Positions 1-13,184 of a stretch of 64,000 bases of DNA are shown here, piece after piece. Below the pieces are notes generated by a model. That model did not search any database and was not told where the DNA came from. It saw nothing but the letters and a program-made list of their open reading frames with translations. The position numbers and the translations under genes are program-made. The first letter of the stretch is position 1. Every line of letters starts with the position of its first letter. The stretch is from Mizuhopecten yessoensis. Lineage: Eukaryota. Location: positions 76,122-140,121 of the forward strand of contig NW_018404135.1 in the NCBI RefSeq assembly GCF_002113885.1, given 5' to 3'.

Positions 1-3000
1 TTGTGTGTACATGTTAGCAATATTGTAGTCGTGATGAGTGTTATCTCTGTGTACATGTTGGCTATATTGTACAGGCGATGAGGGGTTTCTGTGTGTACAT
101 GTTAGCTATATTGTACTAGCGATGAGTGTTATCTGTGTGTACATGTTAGCAATTTGTACTGGCGAAGAGTGGTTTCTGTGTGTACATGTTATCTATATTG
201 TACAGCCGATGAGAGGTGTCTGTGTGTACATGCTAGCAATATTGTATAGGCGATGAGTGGTATATGTGTGTACATGTAAGCTATATTGCACAGGCGATGA
301 GTGGTATCTGTGTGTACATGGTAGCAATATTGTACTCCCGATGAGTGGTATCTGTGTGTACATGTTAGCAATATTGTAGTCGTGATGAGTGTTATCTGTG
401 TGTACATGTTGGCTATATTGTACAGGCGATGAGGAGTTTCTGTGTGTACATGTTAGCTATATTGTACTAGCGATGAGTGTTATCTGTGTGTACATGTTAG
501 CAATATTGTAGTCGTGATGAGTGTTATCTGTGTGTACATGTTGGCTATATTTTCCAGGCGATGAGGAGTTTCTGTGTGTACATGTTAGCTATATTGTACA
601 GGCGATGAATGGTATCTGTGTGTACATGTTAGCTATATTGTACTAGCGATGAGTGTTATCTGTGTGTACATGTTAGCAATTTGTACTGGCGAAGAGTGGT
701 TTCTGTGTGTACATGTTATCTATATTGTACAGCCGATGAGAGGTGTCTGTGTGTACATGCTAGCAATATTGTATAGGCTATGAGTGGTATATGTGTGTAC
801 ATGTTAGCTATATTGTACAGGCGATGAGTGTTATCTGTGTGTACATGTTAGCAATATTGTAGTCGTGATGAGTGTTATCTGTGTGTACATGTTGGCTATA
901 TTTTACAGGCGATGAGGAGTTTCTGTGTGTACATGTTAGCTATATTGTACTAGCGATGAGTGTTATCTGTGTGTACATGTTAGCAATTTGTACTGGCGAT
1001 GAGTGGTTTCTGTGTGTACATGTTATCTATATTGTACAGCCGATGAGTGGTGTCTGTGTGTACATGTTAGCAATATTGTATAGGCGATGAGTGGTATATG
1101 TGTGTACATGTAAGCTATATTGTACAGGCGTTGAGTGGTATATGTGTGTACATGGTAGCAATATTGTACTCCCGATGAGTGGTATCTGTGTGTACATGTT
1201 AGCAATTTGTACTGGCGATGAGTGGTTTCTGTGTGTACATGTTAGCTATATTGTACTGGCGATGAGTTGTATCTGTGTGTACATGTTAGTAATATTGTAG
1301 TTATTGGCGATGAGTTGAATCTGTGTGTAAGTGTTAGCAATATTGTAGTCGTGATGAGTGGTATCTGTGTATCTTTGTGTACATGTTAGCTATATTGTAC
1401 TGGCGATGAGGGGTATCTGTGTGTACATGTTAGTAATATTGTAGTTATTGGCGATGAGTGGAATCTGTGTGTAAGTGTTAGCAATATTGTAGTCGTGATG
1501 AGTGGTATCTGTGTGTACATGTTAGCTTTATTGTACAGGCGATGAGTGGTATATGTGTGTATACATGTTAGCTATATTATACAGGCGATGAGTGGTATAT
1601 GTGTGTACATGTTAGCTATATTATACAGACGATGAGTGGTATATGTGTGTACATGTTAGCAATATTGTACAGGCAATGAGTGGAATCTGTGTGTACATGT
1701 TAGCAATTTGTACTGGCGATGAGTGATATCTGTGTGTACATGTAAGTAATATAGTAGTTATTGGCGATGAGTGGTATCTGTGTGTACATGTTAGCTATAT
1801 TATAGTCGCGATGAGTGGTATCTGTGTGTACATGGTAGAAATATTGTACTCCCGATGAGTGGTATCTGTGTGTACATGTTAGGAATATTGTACCCGCGAT
1901 GAGTGGTATCTGTGTGTACATGTTAGGAATATTGTACCCGCGATGAGTGGTATCTGTGTGTACATGTAAGCTATATTGTATAGGCGATGAGTGTTATTTG
2001 TGTGTACATGTAAGCTATATTGTATATGCGATGAGTGGTATCTGTGTGTACATGTTAGCTATATTGTACAGGCGATGAATGGTATCTGTGTGTACATGTT
2101 AGCTATAATGTAAGGCGATGAGTGGTATATGTATGTACATGTTAGATATATTGTACAGGCGATGAGTGGTATCTGTGTGTACATGTTAGCTATATTGTAC
2201 AGGCGATGAGTGGTATCTGTGTGTACATGTAAGCTATATTGTACAGGCGATGAGTGGTATATGTGTGTACATGTTAGATATATTGTACAGGCGATGAGTG
2301 GTATCTGTGTGTACATGTTAGCTATATTGTACAGGCGATGAGTGGTATCTGTGTGTACATGTAAGCTATATTGTACAGGCGATGAGTGGTATATGTGTGT
2401 ACATGTTAGATATATTGTACAGGCGATGAGTGGTATCTGTGTGTACATGTTAGCTATATTGTACAGGCGATGAGTGGTATCTGTGTGTACATGTAAGCTA
2501 TATTGTACAGGCGATGAGTGGTATATGTGTGTACATGTTAGATATATTGTACAGGCGATGAGTGGTATATGTGTGTACATGTTAGCTATATTGTACAGGC
2601 GATGAGTGGTATCTGTGTGTACATGTTAGCTATATTGTACAGGCGATGAGTGGTATCTGTGTGTACATGTTAGCTATATTGTACAGGCGATGAGTGGTAT
2701 CTGTGTGTACATGTTAGCTATATTGTACAGGCGATGAGTGGTATCTGTGTGTACATGTTAGCTATATTGTACAGGCGATGAGTGGTATCTGTGTGTACAT
2801 GTTAGCTATATTGTACAGGCGATGAGTGGTATCTGTGTGTACATGTTAGCTATATTGTACAGGCGATGAGTGGTATCTGTGTGTACATGTTAGCTATATT
2901 GTACAGGCGATGAGTGGTATCTGTGTGTACATGTTAGCTATATTGTACAGGCGATGAGTGGTATCTGTGTGTACATGTTAGCTATATTGTACAGGCGATG

Positions 3001-3372
3001 AGTGGTATCTGTGTGTACATGTTAGCTATATTGTACAGGCGATGAGTGGTATCTGTGTGTACATGTAAGCTATATTGTACAGGCGATGAGTGGTATCTGT
3101 GTGTAGATGTAAGCTATATTGTATAGGCGATGAGTGGTATTTGTGTGTACATGTGAGTAATATTGTACGGGCGATGAGTGGTATCTGTGTGTACATGTAA
3201 GCTATAATGTACAGGCGATGAGTTGAATCTGTGAGTACATGTAAGCTATATTGTACAGGCGATGAGTGGTATATGTTTGTACATGTTAGTAATATTGTAG
3301 TTATTGGCGATGAGTGGTATCTGTGTGTACATGTTAGCAATTTTGTATTCGAGATGAGTGGTATCTGTGTGT
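1..3372. repeat. 44-bp minisatellite array A (consensus GTGTGTACATGTTAGCTATATTGTACAGGCGATGAGTGGTATCT), about 75 copies, open at the window edge
   Basis: Period measured directly (GTTAGC at 2581 and 2625). Near-perfect block at 2581-3060; variant units elsewhere. All ORFs here are repeat translations. Confidence 0.98.
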
Positions 3373-3782
3373 ATGTCGATTAGGAACAATTCCGGAAGCA
3401 ATTGAACGTCACGTCATAATTACTCCCGAATAATTCCAACAATCTGACCCGAAGATATTCCGATTGGAAAACATTTTGGTTGGTAGGCATATCGCAAGTC
3501 CCTAACCCCAAGTATTGCATACAGTCATTATCATCACTGACATTTCTTGAATTCTTGTTTATAAATTTGTTTTAACAAGGAACATAATATTATAATTGTT
3601 TCGGAATAGATGTTTGAAACATAATCGTGGAAGAGAATTACTCGCGAAAAATATGATTTACAGTTTCTCGAGGAAATATATAACTACCTTAACAGTCATC
3701 ATCCTTGTTGTGAGATTACGTGTCTTTTGATGATTAATTGGTGATCGCTGATCTCTGTTCCGAAGGCTTTAGATATATTGCA

Positions 3783-4886
3783 TGAGTGTATCTCAATGAT
3801 ATCGTTATCTCTGGTCGCCGATATGTTGAGGGTATCTCAATGATATCGTTATCTCTGGTCGCTGATATGTTGAGTGTATCTCAATGATATCGTTATCTCT
3901 GTTCGCCGATATGTTGAGTGTATCTCAATTATATCGTTATCTCTGGTCGCCGATATGTTGAGTGAATCTCAATGATATCGTTATCTCTGGTCGCCGATAT
4001 GTTGAGTGAATCTCAATGATATCGTTATCTCTGGTCACCGATATGTTGAGTGTATCTCAATGATATCGTTATGTCTGGTCGCCGATATGTTGAGTGTATC
4101 GCAATGATATCGTTATCTCTGGTCGCCGATACGTTGAGTGTATCTCAATGATATCGTTATCTCTGTTCGCCGATATGTTGAGTGTATCTCAATTATATCG
4201 TTATCTCTGGTCGCCGATATGTTGAGTGAATCTCAATGATATCGTTATCTCTGGTCGCTGATATGTTGAGTGTATCTCAATGATATCGTCATCTCTGGTC
4301 GCCTATATGTTGAGTGTATCTCAATGATATCTTTATCTCTGGTCGCCGATATGTTGAGTGAATCTCAATGATATCGTTATCTCTGGTCGCTGATATGTTG
4401 AGTGTATCTCAATGATATCGTCATCTCTGGTCGCCTATATGTTGAGTGTATCTCAATGATATCTTTATCTCTGGTCGCCGATATGTTGAGTGTATCGCAA
4501 TGATATCGTTATCTCTGGTCGCCGATACGTTGAGTGTATCTCAATGATATCGTTATCTCAGGTCGCCGATATGTTGAGTGTATCTCAATTATATCGTTAT
4601 CTCTGGTCGCCGATATGTTGAGTGTATCGCAATGATATCGTTATCTCTGGTCGCCGATACGTTGAGTGTATCTCAATGATATCGTTATCTCTGATCGCCG
4701 ATATGTTGAGTGTATCTCAATTATATCGTTATCTCTGGTCGCCGATATGTTGAGCGTATCTCAATGATATCGTTATCTCTGGTCGCCTATATGTTGAGTG
4801 TATCTCAATGATATCGTTATCTCAGGTCGCCGATATGTTGAGTGTATCTCAATGATATCGTTATCTGTGGTCGCCGATATGTTGAG
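3783..4886. repeat. 44-bp minisatellite array B (TGAGTGTATCTCAATGATATCGTTATCTCTGGTCGCCGATATGT), about 25 copies
   Basis: TGAG at 3783 and 3827 gives a 44-bp period; few substitutions between units. Confidence 0.98.
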
Positions 4887-5277
4887 GACTCGACTGAGTC
4901 AACACCTAGTCGTGCCACGTGTTTTTCTTCAAGGTTAATCGTTTATTATCTTAAAATACGCGATAAATCAATTTAGATGGCTTGGGGATATATATTTCCA
5001 TCCCTTTGTATTCATTCTGAAATGCGTTGTTTTTGTTCTTGAATGTTCAATCAAATGTCTGTAACGTTTAGATTATCACTCTCGACAATTTACTGCGTTT
5101 GGTTGCCAATGACATCAAATACCCTCGTCACATGACTATTAGCTAATTCATCAGTCAATCAATCGATCAATCATTCACGCCAAAGCAGGAAAAAAACCGG
5201 TGCAAAACAACCATTTCCCTGATTATGCAGGATTTAGTTGTAACAACAGTGTATTTGAATAAATTGCGACACCTGCA

Positions 5278-8200
5278 AAGTAAACCAAGGTGTCACTGGA
5301 CCACATAGACTTTGTGGTTAAGTAAACCAAGGTGTCACTGGACCACATAGACCTTGTGGTAAAGTAAACCAAGGTGTCACTGGACCACTCCACATAGACC
5401 TTGTGGTTAAGTAAACCAAGGGGTCACTGGCCCACATAGACCTTGTGGTAAAGTAAACCAGGGTGTCACTGGACCACATAGACCTTGTGGTAAAGTAAAC
5501 CAAGGTGTCACTGGACCTCATAGACCTTGTGGTTAAGTAATCCAAGGTGTCACTGGACCACTTAGACCTTGTGGTTAAGTAAGCTAAGGTGTCACTGGAC
5601 CACATAGACCTTGTTGTTAAGTAAACCAAGGTGTCACTGTACAACATAGACCTTGTAGTTAAGTAAACCAAGGTGTAACTGGACCACTATACACTGGACC
5701 ACTATACACTGGACCACACAGACCTTGTGGTTAAGTAATCCAAGGTGTCACTGGACCACATAGACCTTGTGGTAAAGTAAGCCAAGGTGTCACTGGACCA
5801 CTATACCTTCTGGTTAAGTAAACCAAGGTGTCACTGGACCTCATAGACCTTGTGGTTAAGTAATCCAAGGTGTCACTGGACCACTATACACTGGACCACT
5901 ATACACTGGACCACACAGACCTTGTGGTTAAGTAATCCAAGGTGTCACTCGACCACTTTACACTGGACCACTATACACTAAACCAAGGTGTCACTGGACC
6001 ACTATACACTGGACCACTATACACTGGACCACATAGACCTTGTGGTTAAGGAAGCTAAGGTGTCAATGGACCACATAGACATTGTGGTTAAGTAAACCAA
6101 GGTGTCACTTGACCACATAGACCTTGTGGTTAAGTAATCCAAGGTGTCACTCGACCACTTTACACTGGACCACTATACACTAAACCAAGGTGTCACTGGA
6201 CCACATAAACCTTGTGGTTAAGTAAACCAAGGTGTCGCTGGACCACACAGACCCTGTGGTTAAGTAAACCAAGGTGTCACTGGACCCCATAGACCTTGTG
6301 GTTAAGTAAGCCAAGGTGTCACTGGATCATTATTCCTTGTGGTTAAGTAAACCAAGGTGTCGCTGGACCACACAGACCCTGTGGTTAAGTAAACCATGGT
6401 GTCACTGGACCACATAGACCTTTTGGTTAAGTAAACCAAGGTGTCACTGGACCACTCCACATAGACCTTGTGGTTAAGTAAACCAAGGGGTCACTGGACC
6501 ACATAGACCTTGTGGTAAAGTAAGCCAAGGTGTCACTGGACCACATAGACCTTGTTGTTAAGTAAACCAAGGTGTCACTGGACCACTAGACCTTGTGGTT
6601 AAGTAAACCAAGGTGTCGCTGGACCACACAGACCCTGTGGTTAAGTAAACCAGGGTGTCACTGGACCACATAGACCTTGTGGCCAAGGTGTCACTGGACC
6701 ACACAGACCTTGTGGTTAAGTAATCCAAGGTGTCACTGGACCACTATACCTTGTGGTTAAGTAAGCCAAGGTGTCACTGGACCACATAGACCTTGTGGTA
6801 AAGTAAACCAGGGTGTCACTGGACCACATAGACCTTGTTGTTAAGTAAACCAAGGTGTCACTGGACCTCATAGACCTTGTGGTTAAGTAATCCAAGGTGT
6901 CACTGGACCACATAGGTCACTGGACCACTATACCTTGTGGTTAAGTCAACCAAGGTGTCACTGGACCACATAGACCTTGTGGTTAAGTAAGCTAAGGTGT
7001 CAATGGACCACATAGACCTTGTGGTTAAGTAAACCAAGGTGTCACTGGACCACATAGACCTTGTGGTTAAGAAAGCAAAGGTGTCACTGGACCACATAGA
7101 CCTTGTGGTTAAGGAAGCTAAGGTGTCAATGGACCACATAGACCTTGTGGTTAAGTAAGCTAAGGTGTCAATGGACCACATAGACATTGTGGTTAAGTAA
7201 ACCAAGGTGTCAATGGACCACATAGACCTTGTGGTTAAGTAAGCTAAGGTGTCAATGGACCACATAGACATTGTGGTTAAGTAAACCAAGGTGTCAATGG
7301 ACCACATAGACCTTGTGGTTAAGTAAGCCAAGGTGTCACTGGACCACACAGACCTTGTGGTTAAGTAATCCAAGGTGTCACTCGACCACTTTACACTGGA
7401 CCACTATACACTGGACCACACAGACCTTGTGGTTAAGTAAACCAAGGTGTCATTGGACCACATAGACCTTGTGGTTAAGTAAATCAAGGTGTCACTGGAC
7501 CACACAGATCTTGTGGTTTAGTAAACCAAGGTGTCACTGGACCACTTAGACCTTGTGGTTAAGTAAACCAAGGGGTCACTGGACCACATAGACCTTGGGG
7601 TTAAATAATCCAAGGTGTCACTGGACCACATAGGTCACTGGACCACTATACCTTGTGGTTAAGAAAACCAAGGGGTCCCTGGACCACTTAGACCTTTTGG
7701 TTAAGTAAACCAAGGTGTCACTGGACCACATAGACCTTGTGGTTAAATAATCCAAGGTGTCACTGGACCACATAGACCTTGTGGTTAAGTAAACCAAGGT
7801 GTCACTGGACCACACAGACCTTGTTGTTAAGTAAACCAAGGTGTCACTGGACCACTATACCTTGTGGTTAAGTAAACCCAGGTGTCACTGGACCACATAG
7901 ACCTTGTGGTTAAGTAATCCAAGGTGTCACTGGACCACACAGACCTTGTTGTTAAGTAAACCAAGGTGTCACTGGACCACTATACCTTGTGGTTAAGTAA
8001 ACCAAGGTGTCACTGGACCACTATACGCTGGACCACTATACACTGGACCACACAGATCTTGTGGTTAAGTAAACCAAGTTGTCACTGGACCACTATACCT
8101 TGTGGTAAAGTAAACCAAGGTGTCACTGGACCACTATACGCTGGACCACTATACACTGGACCACACAGATCTTGTGGTTAAGTAAACCAAGTTGTCACTG

Positions 8201-8427
8201 GACCACTATACCTTGTGGTAAAGTAAACCAAGGTGTCACTGGACCACTATAAACTGGACCACTATACACTGGACCACTATACACTGGACCACACAGACCT
8301 TGTGGGTAAGTAAGCCAAGGTGTCACTGGACCACTATACACTGGACCACTATACACTGGACCACATAGACCTTGTGGTTAAGTAAGCCAAGGTGTCACTG
8401 GACCACACAGATCTTGTGGTTAAGTAA
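5278..8427. repeat. 42-bp minisatellite array C (AAGTAAACCAAGGTGTCACTGGACCACATAGACCTTGTGGTT) with an interspersed 15-bp subrepeat CACTGGACCACTATA
   Basis: Unit read directly; 14-aa periodic ORFs (MWSSDTLVYLTTRS) on the minus strand. Confidence 0.98.
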
Positions 8428-8570
8428 TTGCAATTTCATCGGTTTCATGAAAAGTATTGGGAATTGATGTTTAGCGTGGAAATTATTATGATTAATATCA
8501 GAACAAATCAAAAACATAGGAATATGTATATGCATTAAAACCTGTACTAGAACTATGACATCGTCATTGA

Positions 8571-9990
8571 ATTTCAAAAGTATTTTATTGACAATACATA
8601 TATAATACAAACATATAAGTTAACATTAAAGAAGATATTAGAACAGTATTGACAAAAGAATAAGACAACAGGCTTTGCCTATATCAGTCTTCTTCTAATT
8701 CCGGTAGCTATGTACAATGCTTAAATATATGAAATGTTGTGATTCGTTTTCCTCTCACACTCATGCACACCCACACCCACACCAGCTTATGTCTAATACT
8801 CGTTATTTAAGGGATAAAACTTGCCTGAATAGCAATAATTATAACAATGNCGTTTCCTCTCACACTCATGCACACCCACACCCACACCAGCTTATGTCTA
8901 ATACTCGTTATTTAAGGGATAAAACTTGCCTGAATAACAATAATTATAACAATACATGAATATTCATTTGGAAATTTATCTAGCACGTATAAGTAACGAA
9001 ACGTTTTGATGATTTAATATAAGAGTCAACATGTATAAGAATAGTTTTATTTAATTGGTTGGATGCATTACTAATACCATATACTAAACAGTGCAGATTT
9101 AAATATCCTACTAGATTATAAATAGTGGTAATATGATGCCTAATATTAGAATACAGAGGACATTGAAAGAAAAAATGTATTAGATCTTCCCTCTGTACAC
9201 CACATACACAGGAAGCATCATCAATCAGATGGTCTTGTAACTTATCACAGTTAAGATCACTTTTAAAATTTCTTAGCTGACATAAAATTATGTTAAGTTT
9301 CCTCGGAACACAGTTAATAAAAGTTTCTGAGACGGATGTATCAAAGGTTTTTTTAAGTTTCTTTTTAAAAGATGAAATTGAGATGGAGTCTCGTACAGTG
9401 CTATCAAGTGCATTCCATTTTACCATTGTAGAAGGGAAGAAGCTATTCATATAAGTAGTAGTTCTTGTCTGTGGTATATTAAAGAATCTGTTATTTCTGA
9501 AGGTATAGTTATTATTTACATTTAGAAATGGTTGAATGATATTATCGAGATAAGTTGGAGTGTAATTATTAAGAATCTTATACATTAATGTTAGTTTATG
9601 ATTTTGTCTTCGTGTGTGTAATGTTTCAAGTTGTGTTTCAGTATACAGAATATGATGAGATGTACCTCGTCTGAGGCCAGTAATTAAACGCATAGCTTCT
9701 AGTTGAACTGATTCTAAAAGATCTGATTCCGATTTGGTACAATTATCCCATACTATATCAGAATATTCTAGCACAGGTCTTATATAAGAGACATATAATG
9801 TTTTTAATGTATTCCTATCAACTGTAGTTTTTAAAATTCTAAGAATACTTAGTCTAGAGTTAGCTTTCTTATAAATATTTGAAATGTGATCTGACCATGT
9901 CCCTTTACTGTTAAATGTTAGTCCTAAGTGAGTATGGTGTTCATGTTGTGCAATTGGAGTATTGTTAAATAGCAGTTGAGGATGATTGGT
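8571..9990 (-). mobile_element. 5'-truncated CR1/L2-type non-LTR retrotransposon (family 2): end of RT, C-terminal domain and 3' UTR
   Basis: ORF 8980-9774 (LEYSDIVWDNC..ESVQLEAMRLITG..CVCG..HFFFQCPLY) aligns by eye to the C-terminus of the 24814-27357 ORF. Homology continues upstream to HTHLGLTFN (about 9910-9940). 3' end reads AATAAAA-TACTTTTGAAAT with a terminal stem-loop. Confidence 0.93.
8745..8953. other. About 105-bp direct duplication flanking a single N at 8850; probable scaffold-join artefact
   Basis: 8745-8849 and 8851-8953 are near-identical and separated exactly by the only ambiguous base in the window. Confidence 0.8.
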
Positions 9991-10699
9991 AGATATATCA
10001 TGATCGCTTCAATAATACGCAGAAATTCACTTAGGTTTAGATTGTTTCTAATTTGATCTGTTCGTTTCTTAAAAACCGCATCTATCTGTTACGGAAATCA
10101 AATTGACCGTTCCACTAATTACGTCACTTATCCAATGGTCGTTGCTTCCGTACACTGAACGCCCTCCTTCCGGTTCTAAGGATGTACCTTTATTTTTCCA
10201 ATAATTAGAAAACAGACCTGAAAACAAAGACTATATGATATTGCTTACACGTCGAATGAAGACATATGTGTTGCCCATAAATGTCCTCTATTACGGCGAG
10301 AGTTGGCGTGGTCCGGAAGACAAGACCATCAACGTTGATTACCGATCGTATGAACAACACATACCTGTTATGGGCAAATCACCGGCTAGACTATTAGCAT
10401 ATATTTGTACACAGAAGTCATTCCTGTTTATCTGACAAGGATAAAACAAAATCTCAAAGTGAATTGATAAAAAAACATCAATAGTTGGGAAGCCTCAGTT
10501 CTGTACCCGTGACTTGAGAACGACTGCGCGCGCTACCATTAGTTCCGGTAAGTTCCGGTGACAGGGAGACCGAAGCCTACTGTGGAAAGCTGCTCCGATA
10601 GCGCTTTGATAGCGTCACGCCAGACCAGTAATGATGTTTTATGCTCTAAGGTAGCAAATTAAACGCTCAAAAATATATTATCATTTGACATAAATTCAT

Positions 10700-11900
10700 A
10701 TCATTGGCATCGTTTAACTGATGACAAAGCAACACGCAAAGTCAGAGGCGAACCTGCATAAGTGGTATTGTCTCATAAACTCGATCAAGATAAAGAAGCA
10801 AGCTCCGACGCAGTTTATTTCCGGGATAGTAGCAAGATCTGAGAAACAACAGGTAAGAAAAAGCCGGATTCTTGTTATAACTAGATGCGTTAAAGTTTTG
10901 GATTTAGAGGTGCCTTTTATGCTTTGGTTTTCTTTCACTATGTGCAAAGTCAAATTGACTACACCGTGAAAATTCTTGTCAAGATCCAAGGACATAACTT
11001 TTGATTATAACCATATTTCGTGAAACAAGAGTTCAGAAATTTCATTTTATATGGGCTTGTTACATAAAACATGTGTCTGTCTATTAAAACATATTTGGAG
11101 CAAAGAACTAGAGCAGAGAGTACGCAATGTATTCTCCAGACGCAAATACACATTTTTTTGTTACAAACATGTGACACTGATTTACGATAACATGACTTGA
11201 ATGAGGTATATCACGTTTGAATTATGATTATTGACATAATTCTTCCTTTACCTGTCTTCCAACAGGTGCTCTCTACTACTAACAGGTGGCTTACACCTTT
11301 TCTACCAAAGTCGGCTAATCATTTTCGACGCCCGGAATTATTACAGAATCCACATTCACTACGTTACAACAAGGCCTTTATGTAAGATCTACTTCGGAAG
11401 TTCTAGCTTATAAGCTCAGAAGGTAAGTCGCTACTGTTTATTTTTAATGCCGGCTCTTAATGATTTTCTGTAGGCATGATAAGGCTTGGGTTTATTGTAT
11501 TAACGTGATACCCTGTAAATTGTTTAGAGGCTATTTATCATTTTTGCTGCAATTAAGATAAATTATATAGAAGTTGCAATAACCTGAGTAGGATGGTGAA
11601 CGCTTATTTTACCTGCTTACCAGATCGTCTGTTGCAATATGAGGAGATACACGCCTTTATATACGCCGCCAATAAAGCTCGACCAAAAACAACTGTGTAA
11701 CATTCTTCCATGTCATATAAAAATGTCAAAACATCATTTATTTCCATAATTCATGTTAAAGTTCAGAATCAGTACTAGCACGCAAGACTACTGTTAAGGC
11801 TGACTTAGCATTTCACTTCCCAATCATAAGGTTTCTCTCGCGTGCAACGGGTGTAATATATTGTAAGGAAGAATGTTTCCTATGGTATCACAGCATGAAC
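10700..11900 (+). pseudogene. Probable highly decayed piggyBac-family (PGBD2/3-like) transposase remnant
   Basis: Motif-like pieces in piggyBac order across frames: NLHKW (about 10750, cf. KPHKWG), YNKAFM*DLL (about 11365, cf. YNKxMGGVDLxD), MVNAY (about 11593), VKADLAFHFP (about 11793, cf. RxDxxxHFP), CNGC...CKEECFLWYH (about 11855-11891, C-terminal Cys-rich domain). TIRs and TTAA target not found. Confidence 0.4.
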
Positions 11901-13184
11901 ATGTTCTTAAATCTTGAATATATCTTATCAATATCGATTTTGGAATGACAAAAATAAGACTTTATTCGCAAGATACAAACGCTATCGGTTCCTTAGACTC
12001 GACCGTGTATCTAACAAAAACAGTCTTTATATACACAAATCGGATATTATACCGGAACATGCAAATTTCTGATTTAAGAATTGTTAATTGCTTCGTGAAC
12101 GATTAAATTTTAAATGAAATACATGCTCCCTGTTATGTTTTTCGACTTTTTATTTTGATATTAAATTTCTAAAATATCAATAACCCTTTTGTTGCTAAAA
12201 CCTGAAGAAGAATGTCAATGATTTATTGATGTTTAAACACACGCTCAACCCAGTATGACTTAGCAACTATATAAATATCTGTATATATACTATCGTTATA
12301 CTCGTTTGGGAGTTTACTAAAACACAGTTCTGTTGGTCGAGTTATCGATGGGGTATTGCTTTTCTTTCTTTATCTTGGAGAAATCCCGGGATTTTGAAAT
12401 AACTTAGATTTCATAGATCTTCCGTAAATATCATGCTATCAAAAACGTAATTTTAAGTAGGCAAATAAAACAACTTATCCTGGGTTCGTTCCCATTACAT
12501 CCCGTTGTTGCACGTGTTTCCTGTGATCGGTATCGGTGTAAAACGTCCTGTTCTATCGTGCTCGGTAGGGTTCAAGTTGGCCCTCCGGGAACGATTTTTG
12601 TCTAGTCGGATACTCCGAAATGTATCGTGTCTTCTCCAAAACAACATAACATCGTGACGTGGTCAACACAGCATTGTCGTGTCCTATTAAACGGGGAAAT
12701 AAAATCATTTGAAAAGCATTGATAAGAAAGCAACTGTTTTTCTTATCGGTGAGTTTGGAGTTACGAGCTCGTGTGTAAATAACATTCAGAACAAGTATGA
12801 TATTACCCTGTTCAATAGCACTATACTAGTGGGTAATGGAGCGTGGCGATTCGTGAGTCAAGGGATCGTCACCTCGTGAGCCATTTGTTAAGCCATTTGT
12901 AAAACGGGTTCTAAATGACGACAAAAACAACCTGTCTTAATAAAACAAATACGTTTACAGTAAAAACAGCTAGTACCGTATCTACAACTTCCTCATAGCT
13001 TGGTTATTAGCACGGTTATTGTCAGACAAAGGAAGGATGTCTGGTAAATATATTTTTACATAAATGTGCTGAATTATAATGTAGAAGAAACGATTGTCTA
13101 TCAATTCTCTCTGATAATATGATTTATCTAACAAACAAAATTAAAAGTGCTATAAATATAATCCTTAATATGAGTGAATTCTTT

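Noticed and set aside
1-8427. CRISPR-like arrays (regular repeats of CRISPR-like length)
   Set aside because: Units are head-to-tail with no unique spacers, there are no cas genes, and the context is eukaryotic. The same applies to all other arrays.
8717-8959. 80-aa His-rich duplicated ORF
   Set aside because: Spans the N and the duplicated gap flanks, and is antisense to a LINE 3' UTR.
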